64,000 bases of DNA. Source: an uncultured Candidatus Bathyarchaeia archaeon (GTDB lineage: Archaea > Thermoproteota > Bathyarchaeia > Bathyarchaeales > DTEX01). The position numbers and the translations under genes are program-made. This document shows positions 9,208 to 19,255 of this stretch, in pieces. Position 1 is the first letter of the stretch, and the number at the start of each line of letters is the position of its first letter. The DNA is taken from assembly GCA_964584965.1 (NCBI GenBank), contig CAZPBM010000001.1:9841-73840 (forward strand), in the 5' to 3' direction. The notes under the pieces were generated by a model. It was not told the origin of the DNA, did not search any database, and worked only from the letters and a program-made list of their open reading frames with translations.

Positions 9208-9864
9208 CTAATCTTTTGGTTCCAAGGCCATAGCTCTTATCCAAGAAGAATCCAGTCCCACGACATTAAGCGGTAGACCAATGTAAAAAATCCTTTCTTT
9301 CTTAACTTTGTCGAGATTCACCAAGCCTTCGATTAAAGAAATCTCGTTTTTTAAAAGGTTTTCATGAGTCGCAAACGAACTACTGGGCGCCTCAACCTTT
9401 ATGTTCTGAACTCCGACCATTTTAATAGGCTTCTGTGCAAGGTACTTTGCAGCTGCAGGTGAAATATGAGGTTGCTCATCTCCAATGTAGGGGCTCCACA
9501 TCAAAACTATATCGTTCTTTCTGACTTTATCCAGATGCGACGGCAAAATCGGTAGCCCCATACCATTTTCTGTTTTTAGATGTGTAAAGTTCAGGACTAT
9601 TGCCTCTCCAAAGAAACTTTCAAGTGGCATTTCAGCGCTTGACTTTCCCTGTTGCGTAAGGTGCGCAGGAAGCTCAACATGGGTTCCAATATGCGTCTCA
9701 GCCTCAACCCAGTGCATTAGCATCTTGTCGGGCGCATAGATGAACTGGCGGAGCTCGAATCTACGATTCTGGTTGCCATGAAGGTACTCTCCGTTCACCT
9801 TAAGAATTCCAGGACGAATTTCTGACGAAAGATCAATAATTCTATATTTTTCCAAATCAAACAT
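9208..9864 (-). CDS. Cyclase-family protein (kynurenine formamidase-like fold)
   Basis: HIGTHVELPAHL resembles the HxGTHxDxPxH motif of putative cyclases/arylformamidases. Confidence 0.65.
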   Translation of the reverse strand: MFDLEKYRIIDLSSEIRPGILKVNGEYLHGNQNRRFELRQFIYAPDKMLMHWVEAETHIGTHVELPAHLTQQGKSSAEMPLESFFGEAIVLNFTHLKTENGMGLPILPSHLDKVRKNDIVLMWSPYIGDEQPHISPAAAKYLAQKPIKMVGVQNIKVEAPSSSFATHENLLKNEISLIEGLVNLDKVKKERIFYIGLPLNVVGLDSSWIRAMALEPKD

Positions 9865-9897
9865 GTTTTATCACTTCGGAAAAACATCAATTATTAG

Positions 9898-10614
9898 TCA
9901 GAATTCTTTTTTAGCTTTATTCCATTCTTTCTTTTTCGCATCATATTCTCTACGTGCCATGAGGAATTTAGCAGGATTTCCGACAACAACAGATTCCGCC
10001 GGCACATCTCTGGTTACAACCGCGCCGGCTCCAACTACGGCGTTTTCTCCTATCCTTACTCCAGCAAGTAAAGTTGCATTCGCGCATATCAACGCATTTT
10101 TTTCAACAATAACCCCGATCAACCGTTCGCTTTGAGGGTAAGGATCATTAGTAAAACAAACGTTTGGCGCTATGAAAACCCCGTCTTCTATAACTGTCAG
10201 GTGGGGGAGATAGACGTTCGATTGGATTTTCACTGCCTTTCCAACCTTAACAGTTCCGTCTAATATTGATGATGAACCAATTAATGTTCCGTCGCCAACT
10301 GTGCTTCCTTCTCGAATTAAGATATTGTGTCCAGTTCTAACGCCATTTCCGAGATTTGCTGATTCATAAATTACTGTTCCAGACCGTATAATGCAATTCA
10401 TACCTATATGCGAACCTTTACTTATGGCATCGTAAGTTCCAGCATCAAATCTTTTGGCAAATTTGAGAGTCTTCAACGACTTTTCAACTGGGTAGCCAAC
10501 TATGACATTATTTCCAACAATTGTGTTAGGACCAATTATTGTCTCGCCTAAAATAATTGCGCCTTTCTCTGTTGAGCCTTCGATTTTTGCTTTTTGCGAA
10601 ATATAGCCTAACAT
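9898..10614 (-). CDS. Left-handed beta-helix (hexapeptide repeat) acyl/acetyltransferase
   Basis: Repeated [LIV]G-x4 hexapeptides run throughout (IIGPNTIVGNNVIVG, IGENAVVGAGAVV). Confidence 0.8.
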   Translation of the reverse strand: MLGYISQKAKIEGSTEKGAIILGETIIGPNTIVGNNVIVGYPVEKSLKTLKFAKRFDAGTYDAISKGSHIGMNCIIRSGTVIYESANLGNGVRTGHNILIREGSTVGDGTLIGSSSILDGTVKVGKAVKIQSNVYLPHLTVIEDGVFIAPNVCFTNDPYPQSERLIGVIVEKNALICANATLLAGVRIGENAVVGAGAVVTRDVPAESVVVGNPAKFLMARREYDAKKKEWNKAKKEF

Positions 10615-10772
10615 AAATCATCTAGATAATTTCTACTTTCTATGCTTTTCAATATTGTGGTTAAGAAAATTCTGTCTTCCAGGATTCTATAGATAAATGT
10701 ATCAAGATTAGTTAATCAGAATTCAGTTACACATAAATACCCGTCTCGGTTTTATGAATTGAGGGAAGTTCA

Positions 10773-11051
10773 ATGGCAAGACGGCCTAGAACAGATACGC
10801 AGAAAATGTTCAAAGCAATGGCTGTTCTTTTGCGTAACACGACTTGGAAGTGTGGTAGAATAGAACGTCTTGTAGTCCAGTACCTTCAAAGTCATCTGAA
10901 AAAAGATGGCACACCGTGGTCAAATATAAAAGAAATGATGCAACAATTCAAACTACAAGGAAAACAAAAAAGCGAGTTCTTTGACGCGCTTCGAAGGCTA
11001 GAAAAGAGACGAATAATTAGAATCGAGCTCCACGAATTATCTCTAGTGTAA
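10773..11051 (+). CDS. Small basic hypothetical protein, possibly winged-helix
   Basis: SD GAGGGAAG lies 4 nt before the ATG. The C-terminal FFDALRRLEKRRIIRIE looks like a wHTH wing. No family recognised. Confidence 0.4.
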   Translation: MARRPRTDTQKMFKAMAVLLRNTTWKCGRIERLVVQYLQSHLKKDGTPWSNIKEMMQQFKLQGKQKSEFFDALRRLEKRRIIRIELHELSLV

Positions 11052-11076
11052 TTATCAACATTTACATTTTTTTGAA

Positions 11077-11574
11077 TCATTCTATTTTTTGCTGCAATGC
11101 CTCTTGAAACAGCTTCTTTACAGCTGATATCCTAGCTTTTTGAGCGAGAACATCAGCAGTTACAAAGTCTAAAGCTTCCTCTGGGCACCATTCGACGCAC
11201 TTGGGATTTCCATTACATAGATCACAGACAAAAACAACTCTTTTATCAGGATGAATCATAATTGCGCCATAGTCACAAGCCTCAATACACCAGCCACAAC
11301 CGTTGCATTTGTCTTCATCCACTATGATAACCCCTGTTTCTTTTGACTGAGACAATGCATCCCTTGGGCAAGCAGCAACACAAGGAGCCTCTTCACAAAG
11401 CCTACAGGTCAAAGCCATATTGATCAAAGGCGTCAACCGTACTGATCGAATACGAGACTTGACTGGATTAAAAGCTTTTTCTTTCTCAAAAGAGCATGCG
11501 TACTCACAGACGCAGCAACCAACACACTTCTCAGGATCTGATGAAACGAACTTTCTTTTATGAATCGACGCCAT
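11077..11574 (-). CDS. 4Fe-4S dicluster (ferredoxin-like) protein, probable AOR electron partner
   Basis: Several CxxCxxCxxxC(P) motifs (CVGCCVCEYAC, CRLCEEAPCVAACP, CNGCGWCIEAC, CDLCNGNPKCVEWCP). Lies directly downstream of aor. Confidence 0.85.
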   Translation of the reverse strand: MASIHKRKFVSSDPEKCVGCCVCEYACSFEKEKAFNPVKSRIRSVRLTPLINMALTCRLCEEAPCVAACPRDALSQSKETGVIIVDEDKCNGCGWCIEACDYGAIMIHPDKRVVFVCDLCNGNPKCVEWCPEEALDFVTADVLAQKARISAVKKLFQEALQQKIE

Positions 11575-11593
11575 CTAATTCCCTCCATAGGTT

Positions 11594-13447
11594 TCAGACT
11601 TTTATCTCGACAATGTACTCCAAATCGTCCAGACCCAGTTCCTTTAATTTGTTAACTGTTGGAACGCCTTCTTTCGTCCATCCTCTATAAGCGTAATAGT
11701 CATCTAACATTAAATCGAGTTCTTTTTGACTAATGAAACTTCCCTTAGAGACAGTATTGTCTGGAATAGGAGTACTCATAACTTTGGGTGGCAGGTGATC
11801 ATCCTTTCTTGTAAATCCTTCACGAATATTGAAAAGTCTACCCAAAACGTTAATCCTTTCGCCAGCCATCCTTAGCTCTTCAGCAGTCATTTCCAAGCCT
11901 GTTACCAAGCTGTAATACTTTGCTAAATCATCATATTCTTTGTAATAAATTCCTCTCGAAAATTTACAAACGATCAGCGAATCAATCACAGTATAGAGGT
12001 CCTCGATGCTGATCACTATTTTGGATCTGCCTTTCTCAACCTTGAATCGATCAACTGTCCCTTTAAGATCAAGTGCATATGCTCCGTGACGGTTGTGGTC
12101 AGCTCCTCGGAACGAAACCGCGTATCCGATAGCAGCCGTCTTCAAGCCTCGAATGTCGTATCCAGTCATCTCGAGACCCTTAATGTGATTAGCGTATTTT
12201 TCAGCTCCTTTTCCTATTTTTTCAGCCGCCCTCTTAACGCCCTCAGCTAAAATGTCGCCTATCCCCTCGCGTTTACCTATCATATGAACTAACTCTACCG
12301 CAGCGTCTCCGTTGCCGAATGAAAGATCAATTCCGCCAGTGTCTTCCTTAGTCAAAATTTGGTGACTATAAAGGTCCATGGCAAAGCCCACAATATTGCC
12401 AGTTGACAGGTTATCCAGTCCATAATAGTTGCAAAGCTCCATAGCTTTTATTATCGAATCAAGTCTATCAACTCCGCAGTGTGGTCCAAAGGCCCACAAT
12501 GGTTCGTACTCAACACGTGAAGTCGTTCCTTTGTACGGACCCTCTGGAACTACAGCAATGTGTTCGCATCGCATAGCACATGACGAGCATCCATCAATCT
12601 TTACTACGAATCTTTCATTCAAATGTTCCCCACTTACTTTTTCAGCCCCTTCAAAAACAGCGTTTGTGAAATTTCTCGTCGGAAGTGCACCAAGAGAGTT
12701 GTGAACTAAAACATTCATCGGTGTTCCCAATGTTCTGTATTTCGCCGTAGCAGGCCCTTTCATTCTTTCATGCATTTCTTTTACGTATTCAATGAACTCG
12801 TCTGGCTTTGCGACCTTAACGTCTTTAGTTCCGCGAACTGCAATTGCCTTAAGATTCTTAGAACCCATGACAGCTCCTAAACCAGTTCTACCCGCAGCGC
12901 GGGTAACATCATTCATGATGCATGCAACACGTGCAAGTTTCTCTCCGGCGACACCGATTGCAGCAACACGGATATAGAAGTCTCCAAGGTCTTCACGAAT
13001 GATTTCCTCAGCCTCTTGAGGAGATTTTCCCCATATGTGTTTTGCATCCATCAACTGGACACTATCATCATCGATCCAGACATAAATGGGCTTTTCAGAA
13101 GCCCTCTTAAATATCACAGCGTCATACCCAGCTCTTTTCAATTCTGTGCCAAAAAACCCGTGTGACTTAGCTTCACCTAGGCCGTTCGTTAAAGGAGACT
13201 TTGACACGAAAGCATGTCCATTTCCTCCAGTTGGAGCCATAGTTCCACCTAAGGGTCCAGTAGTCAGAATTAAAGGATTGTCAGGACTAAATGGATCTGT
13301 ACCAACAATCGAATTGTCCAAAAGTAGACGCATTCCAAGCCCTATTCCCCCAATATATCTTTTAGCATATTCCTCACTTAATGGATGTATGTCTGTTTTG
13401 CCATTTGACAAGTCTATGTGTAGAATCCTTCCAGCATACCCATACAA
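11594..13447 (-). CDS. aor: Aldehyde:ferredoxin oxidoreductase (tungstopterin AOR family)
   Basis: YGYAGRILHIDLSNGK...YIGGIGLG at the N-terminus, then DGCSSCAMRCEH and other AOR-family segments. TTG start with SD GGAGGT 8 nt upstream. Confidence 0.92.
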   Translation of the reverse strand: MYGYAGRILHIDLSNGKTDIHPLSEEYAKRYIGGIGLGMRLLLDNSIVGTDPFSPDNPLILTTGPLGGTMAPTGGNGHAFVSKSPLTNGLGEAKSHGFFGTELKRAGYDAVIFKRASEKPIYVWIDDDSVQLMDAKHIWGKSPQEAEEIIREDLGDFYIRVAAIGVAGEKLARVACIMNDVTRAAGRTGLGAVMGSKNLKAIAVRGTKDVKVAKPDEFIEYVKEMHERMKGPATAKYRTLGTPMNVLVHNSLGALPTRNFTNAVFEGAEKVSGEHLNERFVVKIDGCSSCAMRCEHIAVVPEGPYKGTTSRVEYEPLWAFGPHCGVDRLDSIIKAMELCNYYGLDNLSTGNIVGFAMDLYSHQILTKEDTGGIDLSFGNGDAAVELVHMIGKREGIGDILAEGVKRAAEKIGKGAEKYANHIKGLEMTGYDIRGLKTAAIGYAVSFRGADHNRHGAYALDLKGTVDRFKVEKGRSKIVISIEDLYTVIDSLIVCKFSRGIYYKEYDDLAKYYSLVTGLEMTAEELRMAGERINVLGRLFNIREGFTRKDDHLPPKVMSTPIPDNTVSKGSFISQKELDLMLDDYYAYRGWTKEGVPTVNKLKELGLDDLEYIVEIKV

Positions 13448-13552
13448 CTAGAAGAACCTCCATTAGGGAAAGTATTGAAGCCATTGATGTATTTAAGCAT
13501 AATCGCCATAAACATAATGTTTTCTAATGAAAAATTAGACATCGACCAATGA

Positions 13553-13948
13553 TTAGACCTCAGATTGGAGTTTAGCTTGTTCCCTTAACCACTTTGCAGC
13601 TTCTCTTAAGATATGATGGTTAGAAACATCAATAATGGGAACCTCTATTCCATCAACCTTTACTGACGTAGCATATTTTGGCATCAATGCAAAACTTACT
13701 GAGCTCCAGAAAATTCTACCTTTTAAAAAATTTTCCATGAGTTCATCGGTATCTGGAATCAACGGGGAGTACACGAATAAGACACCTTCAGCCCATTGAG
13801 CGGTGATTGGAAGACCACTGTGAATTAATCTCGCAAACATTTGGTTCAATTTTTCAAAAGAAAATTGGAAATAATCCATTACAACTATTTCTTTTGCTGG
13901 TTTATAGATGATTTTCACCATGTTTTCTCTATCCTCTTTGGTGACCAT
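13553..13948 (-). CDS. Hypothetical protein
   Basis: 131-aa ORF with a weak SD (GAGGA). No motif recognised. Confidence 0.4.
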   Translation of the reverse strand: MVTKEDRENMVKIIYKPAKEIVVMDYFQFSFEKLNQMFARLIHSGLPITAQWAEGVLFVYSPLIPDTDELMENFLKGRIFWSSVSFALMPKYATSVKVDGIEVPIIDVSNHHILREAAKWLREQAKLQSEV

Positions 13949-14178
13949 TTTTCCTCTACACCAAACCTTTTTAATTTTTCTTTTTTATAAAGGACAGCGT
14001 TCTTCTTAAATTTGTTCCTATTTAAGTCAAAACCTACGCAATTTATTGGTTTCTTTTAGTCAATGCCTTTGTTTGTTTACAGATATGGATTATTGTAATA
14101 CAAAAAGATATATTAAAAATGACAGATTTATGTTCAAAGAAAATTCTATTTCACTAAGGGTAACAGAGAAGTGATAAA

Positions 14179-14907
14179 ATGGTGACTCATGCTGAAGACT
14201 TGAGGTTTCGCTTAGCTACAGTTGAGTTATTACGGACGGCAAAAAGACAATATACCTATAGAGAACTTTCACGGCGCACTAATCTTCCAGTGACAGTTCT
14301 AAGCAGATACGTAAAGGGGCATGTTCTTCCAAACACAAGCAGATCACGTGCCCTTTGGAATGCCCTATCAAAAATCGTAGGTTTAGAATCAGAGGTTCGT
14401 AGAAGAATAAAATTCGACAAAAATGGCTTTTTCGATAATACACAAATTGTAGGCGACATCAATCTTCTTAATCAAGCTGCGAACTATGCTTTGGCAAAAT
14501 TCGCGGGAAGAAGGATAACAAAGGTACTATCGGCCGCTGTTGATGGTATACCTTTAGCCACGGTAGTTGCCAGTGCTCTAGATGTTGACCTTGTGATTGC
14601 GAAATCAAGTAAAGAAGTTGGTGTATTATCCTTTATTGAAGAAACTTATGCACTCGACATATCTGGTCATACAATGACTCTTTATCTACCAAAAGATGCC
14701 ATAAAAAGACGTGACAGTGTTCTTGTGGTAGACGATGTAATCAAAAGCGGTGAGACACAACTTGCACTATTAAACCTTGTAGACAAGGCAAAAGCTGAAG
14801 TTTCCGGTGTATTCGCAATGATTGCAGTTGGCGATTCGTGGAAACAAAAAATGAAAATACCACAAAACTGCCAAGTTGAGGTAATACTTGAAGTAAAAAT
14901 GCCATAG
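14179..14907 (+). CDS. HTH + phosphoribosyltransferase-domain protein (PurR/GfcR-like putative regulator)
   Basis: N-terminal HTH (YTYRELSRRTNLPVTVLSRYVKGHVLP) and a C-terminal type-I PRTase with the PRPP loop VLVVDDVIKSGET. Confidence 0.7.
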   Translation: MVTHAEDLRFRLATVELLRTAKRQYTYRELSRRTNLPVTVLSRYVKGHVLPNTSRSRALWNALSKIVGLESEVRRRIKFDKNGFFDNTQIVGDINLLNQAANYALAKFAGRRITKVLSAAVDGIPLATVVASALDVDLVIAKSSKEVGVLSFIEETYALDISGHTMTLYLPKDAIKRRDSVLVVDDVIKSGETQLALLNLVDKAKAEVSGVFAMIAVGDSWKQKMKIPQNCQVEVILEVKMP

Positions 14908-14956
14908 GCTTGTAAAATCTAAGTTCATATTAAAAAATTCATAATTAAGTAGAAGA

Positions 14957-15118
14957 TTAACGGGCTTTTTCCTTCTTCTTCCACCTTAGATTATAGCTCT
15001 TACATTTTCTACATTTCTTTGCTGTCGGAGAATTTCTAACTCCGCATTCTCGACATATTTTTAGCTGAAGTCTTCTTTTCTGGGCAATTGACCTTTTGAA
15101 AGGATCTGTAATCGGCAA
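14957..15118 (-). CDS. rpl40e: 50S ribosomal protein L40e (not in the supplied ORF track; 53 aa)
   Basis: Minus-strand translation is (M)PITDPFKRSIAQKRRLQLKICRECGVRNSPTAKKCRKCKSYNLRWKKKEKAR*, a zinc ribbon with the L40e N-terminus. The TTG start at 15118 sits 7 nt after GAAGTGA; an in-frame GTG at 15130 is an alternative. Confidence 0.85.
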   Translation of the reverse strand: MPITDPFKRSIAQKRRLQLKICRECGVRNSPTAKKCRKCKSYNLRWKKKEKAR

Positions 15119-15281
15119 CTTGGCTTCACTTCTAATTGTTGTTATTCTTTTCGCCGTTAGAATCCCATATATACCTTTTGGTTTTTAAGTAATTATTTGT
15201 GTAAAACCGTAAGATATTTATTGATGGTCACAGAGCAAATAGTTCACAGCATATACAAAAACAAAGGAGTGAGGCGGTGAA

Positions 15282-15557
15282 TTGTCTGAAAACAACTCAG
15301 TACTAATTGGGCGTAAGCCCGTAATGAACTACGTTCTAGCGTGTATAACCCTATTTCACGGCGGAGCCAAAGAAGTGAACATTAAGGCAAGAGGACGAGC
15401 GATAAGCAGAGCTGTCGACGTTGTGGAGATAGCGCGACGCAGATTTCTACCTGATGTAAAGGTACAAAAAATCAATATTGGTACAGAGCAACTACAAGTC
15501 GAGGGTAGCAACGCAGCATCAAACATCAGCACCATTGAGATTACACTAATTCGTTAA
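15282..15557 (+). CDS. albA: DNA/RNA-binding protein Alba (paralog 2)
   Basis: [19 protein letters not shown]...[22 protein letters not shown]...[11 protein letters not shown] start 7 nt after GAGG. Confidence 0.9.
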   Translation: MSENNSVLIGRKPVMNYVLACITLFHGGAKEVNIKARGRAISRAVDVVEIARRRFLPDVKVQKINIGTEQLQVEGSNAASNISTIEITLIR

Positions 15558-15614
15558 AACAACGAAATACTTACGCTCCGTCGCACCTCCTTTATTTTCG
15601 GAGGGGAAAAATAG

Positions 15615-16124
15615 GTGAAAACGGAGTTATGCAAGTTCTGCTTAAGAAGCGGAATGTTGTGTCCCAAATGTAAAAAGAAACTTGAGAAAGGCGAGATAAG
15701 CGAGCTGTATTTAGAAGTAGGTCGCTTACTTATGACTATGGAGGAAGAATATCCGCCTCTCCAGAATGTTAATTTTCATAGAGCTGTCGAATCAAATGGA
15801 GTCTTAGCTATTTTCGTAGGCCGTGGAGACATCGCGAAAATACTAAGTTATGGGGGAAAAATCATAAAATCCTTGGAACGAATTACTAAGAAGACTGTTC
15901 GCGTACTAGAAAGCAATTCTGATGAAAGAAAGTTTCTAGAAGATTTATTTGCTCCAATGACAATTTTAACTGTTAACAAGATTTGGTTGCCTGATGGCTC
16001 AATTGAGACAAGAGTAATATTGAAGGACGCTGAAAGAAGGAGAACTTCAAAGTACATTGACGCGTTGAAGGAAATTGCTAAGGAATCACAAGGCATAACA
16101 CTGAGAATTGAATTTGCAGCATGA
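15615..16124 (+). CDS. Zn-ribbon + NusA-like KH-domain RNA-binding protein
   Basis: N-terminal CKFC...CPKC, then a KH-like core (AIFVGRGDIAKILSYGGKIIKSLERITKKTVRVLE). GTG start with SD GGAGGGG 8 nt upstream. Confidence 0.55.
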   Translation: MKTELCKFCLRSGMLCPKCKKKLEKGEISELYLEVGRLLMTMEEEYPPLQNVNFHRAVESNGVLAIFVGRGDIAKILSYGGKIIKSLERITKKTVRVLESNSDERKFLEDLFAPMTILTVNKIWLPDGSIETRVILKDAERRRTSKYIDALKEIAKESQGITLRIEFAA

Positions 16125-16140
16125 TGGCGGCATTGTCAAG

Positions 16141-17460
16141 ATGAAAATTGACGAGCTAGAAGACTGGCGTAGAACACATTTTTCCTCCGAAATAAGTCCA
16201 ATGCTGAATGGTAAAGAAGTAATCGTAATGGGTTGGGTAAGGGAGATCAGAGATTTAGGCGGTCTAAGATTTATCATTCTACAGGACAAAGAAGGAAAAG
16301 TACAAGTTACTATATCACAAGACACAGTTGAGGCAAAAACTATTGAAAAAGCAAGTTCTCTACACAGGCAAGACTGTATCGCAATTAAGGGAGTCGTTAA
16401 GAAGATGGACAAAGCTCCAAGAGGAGCAGAAATTATTCCTAAATGCATTAAAATATTGGGAGTTGCAAAGCAACCTTTACCATTGGATATCACAGGCAGA
16501 ACGCCTGCAGAGATTGATGTCCGGTTGGAGTCTAGAGTTTTAGATCTTCGCAGTGATAGAAACCAATCTATTTTTAAGATTCGGCATGTTACGTTGGAAG
16601 CCATTCGAGATTTCTTATCGAAACTGGGTTTCCTGGAAATTAATACGCCCAAAATTATTGCATCTGCAACTGAAGGCGGAGCTGAGCTTTTTCCAATAGT
16701 ATATTTTGAGCGTGAAGCTTTTTTAGCTCAAAGTCCGCAGCTTTATAAAGAACAGCTTGTAATTGATTTTGAAAAAGTTTTTGAAATAGGACCAGTGTAT
16801 AGAGCTGAAAAGTCTCATACTAGAAGACACATTACTGAATACACCTCAATCGATATTGAACAGGCGTTCGCTTCAGACGAAGATGTTATGAAGATTGCAG
16901 AGGAACTTATGGTTCACGTGTGCAGAACCGTTAATGATAGATGTAAGAATGAACTTAAAATTCTTAAACATAAAATTGTTTGGCCTGAAACTCCCTTCAG
17001 ACGGTTGACATATTCAGAGGTTATTACTGAATTACAAAGAGAAGGGGTAAAAATAGAATGGGGCGAAGACATCCCAACTGTTGCTTTCAGGACACTAGGA
17101 AAAATTCATCCACATTTCTACTTTATTACAGAATGGCCAAGTAAATTTAAACCATTCTACATTAAACCTAAGAATGATAATCCAGAACTAAGTGAAGGCT
17201 TTGACCTAATGTGGCGGTGGATAGAGATAGCCTCAGGCGGCACAAGAGTTCATGACAAAAATGTTCTAGTAAAAAGACTTAGAGAACAATCGCTGCATCC
17301 AGAATCCTTCAAATATCACCTTCAAGCCTTCAATTATGGTATGCCTCCCCACGCTGGCTGGGCAATTGGCTTAGAAAGACTTATGATGATGCTCACAGGC
17401 ATAAAAAACATAAGAGAAGTTGTCTTATACCCAAGGGATCGTTTTAGGTTAACACCTTAA
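16141..17460 (+). CDS. aspS: Aspartyl-tRNA synthetase, archaeal type
   Basis: MKIDELEDWRRTHFSSEI...VMGWVREIRDLGGLRFIILQDKEG (OB anticodon-binding domain), then class II motifs (FEIGPVYRAE, GGTRVHD, GLERLMM). The ORF track start at 16108 overlaps the upstream gene; ATG 16141 is preferred. Confidence 0.93.
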   Translation: MKIDELEDWRRTHFSSEISPMLNGKEVIVMGWVREIRDLGGLRFIILQDKEGKVQVTISQDTVEAKTIEKASSLHRQDCIAIKGVVKKMDKAPRGAEIIPKCIKILGVAKQPLPLDITGRTPAEIDVRLESRVLDLRSDRNQSIFKIRHVTLEAIRDFLSKLGFLEINTPKIIASATEGGAELFPIVYFEREAFLAQSPQLYKEQLVIDFEKVFEIGPVYRAEKSHTRRHITEYTSIDIEQAFASDEDVMKIAEELMVHVCRTVNDRCKNELKILKHKIVWPETPFRRLTYSEVITELQREGVKIEWGEDIPTVAFRTLGKIHPHFYFITEWPSKFKPFYIKPKNDNPELSEGFDLMWRWIEIASGGTRVHDKNVLVKRLREQSLHPESFKYHLQAFNYGMPPHAGWAIGLERLMMMLTGIKNIREVVLYPRDRFRLTP

Positions 17461-17840
17461 TTTTTTTAAAAAAGAGATAATGTTCAATATCTCAATTTTC
17501 TTAATTGCTTATTTATCAAATTCTATCTTCTCATCGACATATGAAAAGAGATAACAGACCCAATTTAGAGCTATTCTATAAAATTATTTCATTATTGTCA
17601 TAGATTTGGCAATTTCTTAAGCTATCAATGTAAGTGGGACCCTATTTTGGCTGAACATTCACCTTTGGAAAAATATAAAAACCTAATGTCATAATCAAAC
17701 TGCTATATTCAATTAGGTAAAATTTTTTGTGTGAAAAATCGATTCGATGTAGTTAGAAAGGAAGGATTGATTTAAATTATATTGGCAAATAATGGCTATC
17801 CTTTTAAGACAATAATGAATGTTAAGAATATGTAAATACG

Positions 17841-19187
17841 ATGGAACGTGCAGAGATGAATTTTAGAAAATATCTATTGGCTTTTCCAATTTTCCTGATC
17901 TACCTTGTTTTGGCGATGTTCATTTGTGTCTATCTAACTTTTGGCAACCAAGAATATACTTACTATGGTGTTGTTCCCTCGAAAATTTTTAGGTACGTGC
18001 TTATTGATGCAGACAACCTTACATCAGGTTGGAGAATCGGATTTGATAATACTACTCTGATGACAGGATCTCCTGGCTATAAGGATATGCTCATCGCAAT
18101 GAAGTCTCTACTCGTTATAGTTGCTGCTGAAAATGGCACAAATGTGGAAGTTTACAACTTAACAACTGGTGACCTAATTTTTAGAAGTCATATGAACAGC
18201 CTGGAGAAGAAATTTGTGTTACTGGCCAATGGTACATTTTTCAAAGTAGTTTCAGACAAGCAAGTTTCAGTTTTACTACTTAATTATCAATATCTTCCTT
18301 CAAATAATGTGTCTGAAGGTCCAACACCACAAACATTCTATACATCAACTGACGGTTTGTACATCGGGAAAGAATTCGTCTTCATGGCATCAGAATATCA
18401 GACTGGCACATTTTATAGGATATTAGCCTTGGAAAAATCCGCAATTACAGTTAGCCGTGAAGATGGAGAAAAAAGCATCATTTCTCTTGAGGCTAATGCG
18501 TTTAAAAGTATAATGTTAACGCCTTTCAGAGTCTACAAAATAGAATCGACAGGTAATATCATGGTGCAATCAGGCGTAATTGCAGGCACTGGAGGAGATA
18601 CCTGTCCATGTAATCTTGTTCCTTCTGCTGAAGGAGGTTTTGTGGGACGATCCTTTTACGTAATATCTTCTAAATCGTGGGACTCCAGCAAGGAATATGG
18701 ATATCGAATAATGACGATTGAAGATACACATGTTAAAGTGTATGACCTTGAAACTAAACAAGTAATTAACGAGTTTTACATTACTGGAGGAAATGGAGTT
18801 GGATTTCATCCATTAGCAGATGCTATATGCGTGCAAAGCGACAAACCTATCACCTTATCATATATTAACAATGGCAGTCTTGGGCGAGTCGGTGGCCCTG
18901 GGAATTATGGCGGATATGCTAACGGAATTATGTTTATGGGCATCCAACCATATCAAGATACTCCGATTTTTCTCCCCACAGACGCGTATGTTGAAGCATA
19001 TTTCTTCGCTAATGAGGAAACTCAGTTAATAATTGACAGTGACTATTGGAGTATAGAGCCCAATTCTGTTTTTGTGTATACTGCAATTGGACCTCATATA
19101 GTTCGGTCAGATAAAAACATCATTCTTCAAATCAACTTCTGGCCTTTTGGCCCTCAATTCCAAGGACTTTGGTACACTGGACAATAG
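17841..19187 (+). CDS. Hypothetical secreted or surface protein with an N-terminal signal anchor and many N-x-S/T sequons
   Basis: N-terminal TM (YLLAFPIFLIYLVLAMFICVYL) and at least 8 N-glycosylation sequons. No family recognised. The expected C-terminal anchor sits in another frame (next feature). Confidence 0.6.
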   Translation: MERAEMNFRKYLLAFPIFLIYLVLAMFICVYLTFGNQEYTYYGVVPSKIFRYVLIDADNLTSGWRIGFDNTTLMTGSPGYKDMLIAMKSLLVIVAAENGTNVEVYNLTTGDLIFRSHMNSLEKKFVLLANGTFFKVVSDKQVSVLLLNYQYLPSNNVSEGPTPQTFYTSTDGLYIGKEFVFMASEYQTGTFYRILALEKSAITVSREDGEKSIISLEANAFKSIMLTPFRVYKIESTGNIMVQSGVIAGTGGDTCPCNLVPSAEGGFVGRSFYVISSKSWDSSKEYGYRIMTIEDTHVKVYDLETKQVINEFYITGGNGVGFHPLADAICVQSDKPITLSYINNGSLGRVGGPGNYGGYANGIMFMGIQPYQDTPIFLPTDAYVEAYFFANEETQLIIDSDYWSIEPNSVFVYTAIGPHIVRSDKNIILQINFWPFGPQFQGLWYTGQ

Positions 19188-19255
19188 TACCGTGCATTGA
19201 AACAGTTAACGTTAAGCCGACTGTCACGTTGACCCCTATAGTTGAAAGCTTCCCA

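Noticed and set aside
16086-16652. 188-aa minus-strand ORF
   Set aside because: It is antisense to the well-supported aspS N-terminal OB domain and shows no motifs.
17460-17841. 380-bp AT-rich gap after aspS checked for a replication origin, CRISPR array or small RNA
   Set aside because: It shows only a short hairpin (GAGATA-N8-TATCTC) after the aspS stop. I saw no repeated units or conserved boxes.
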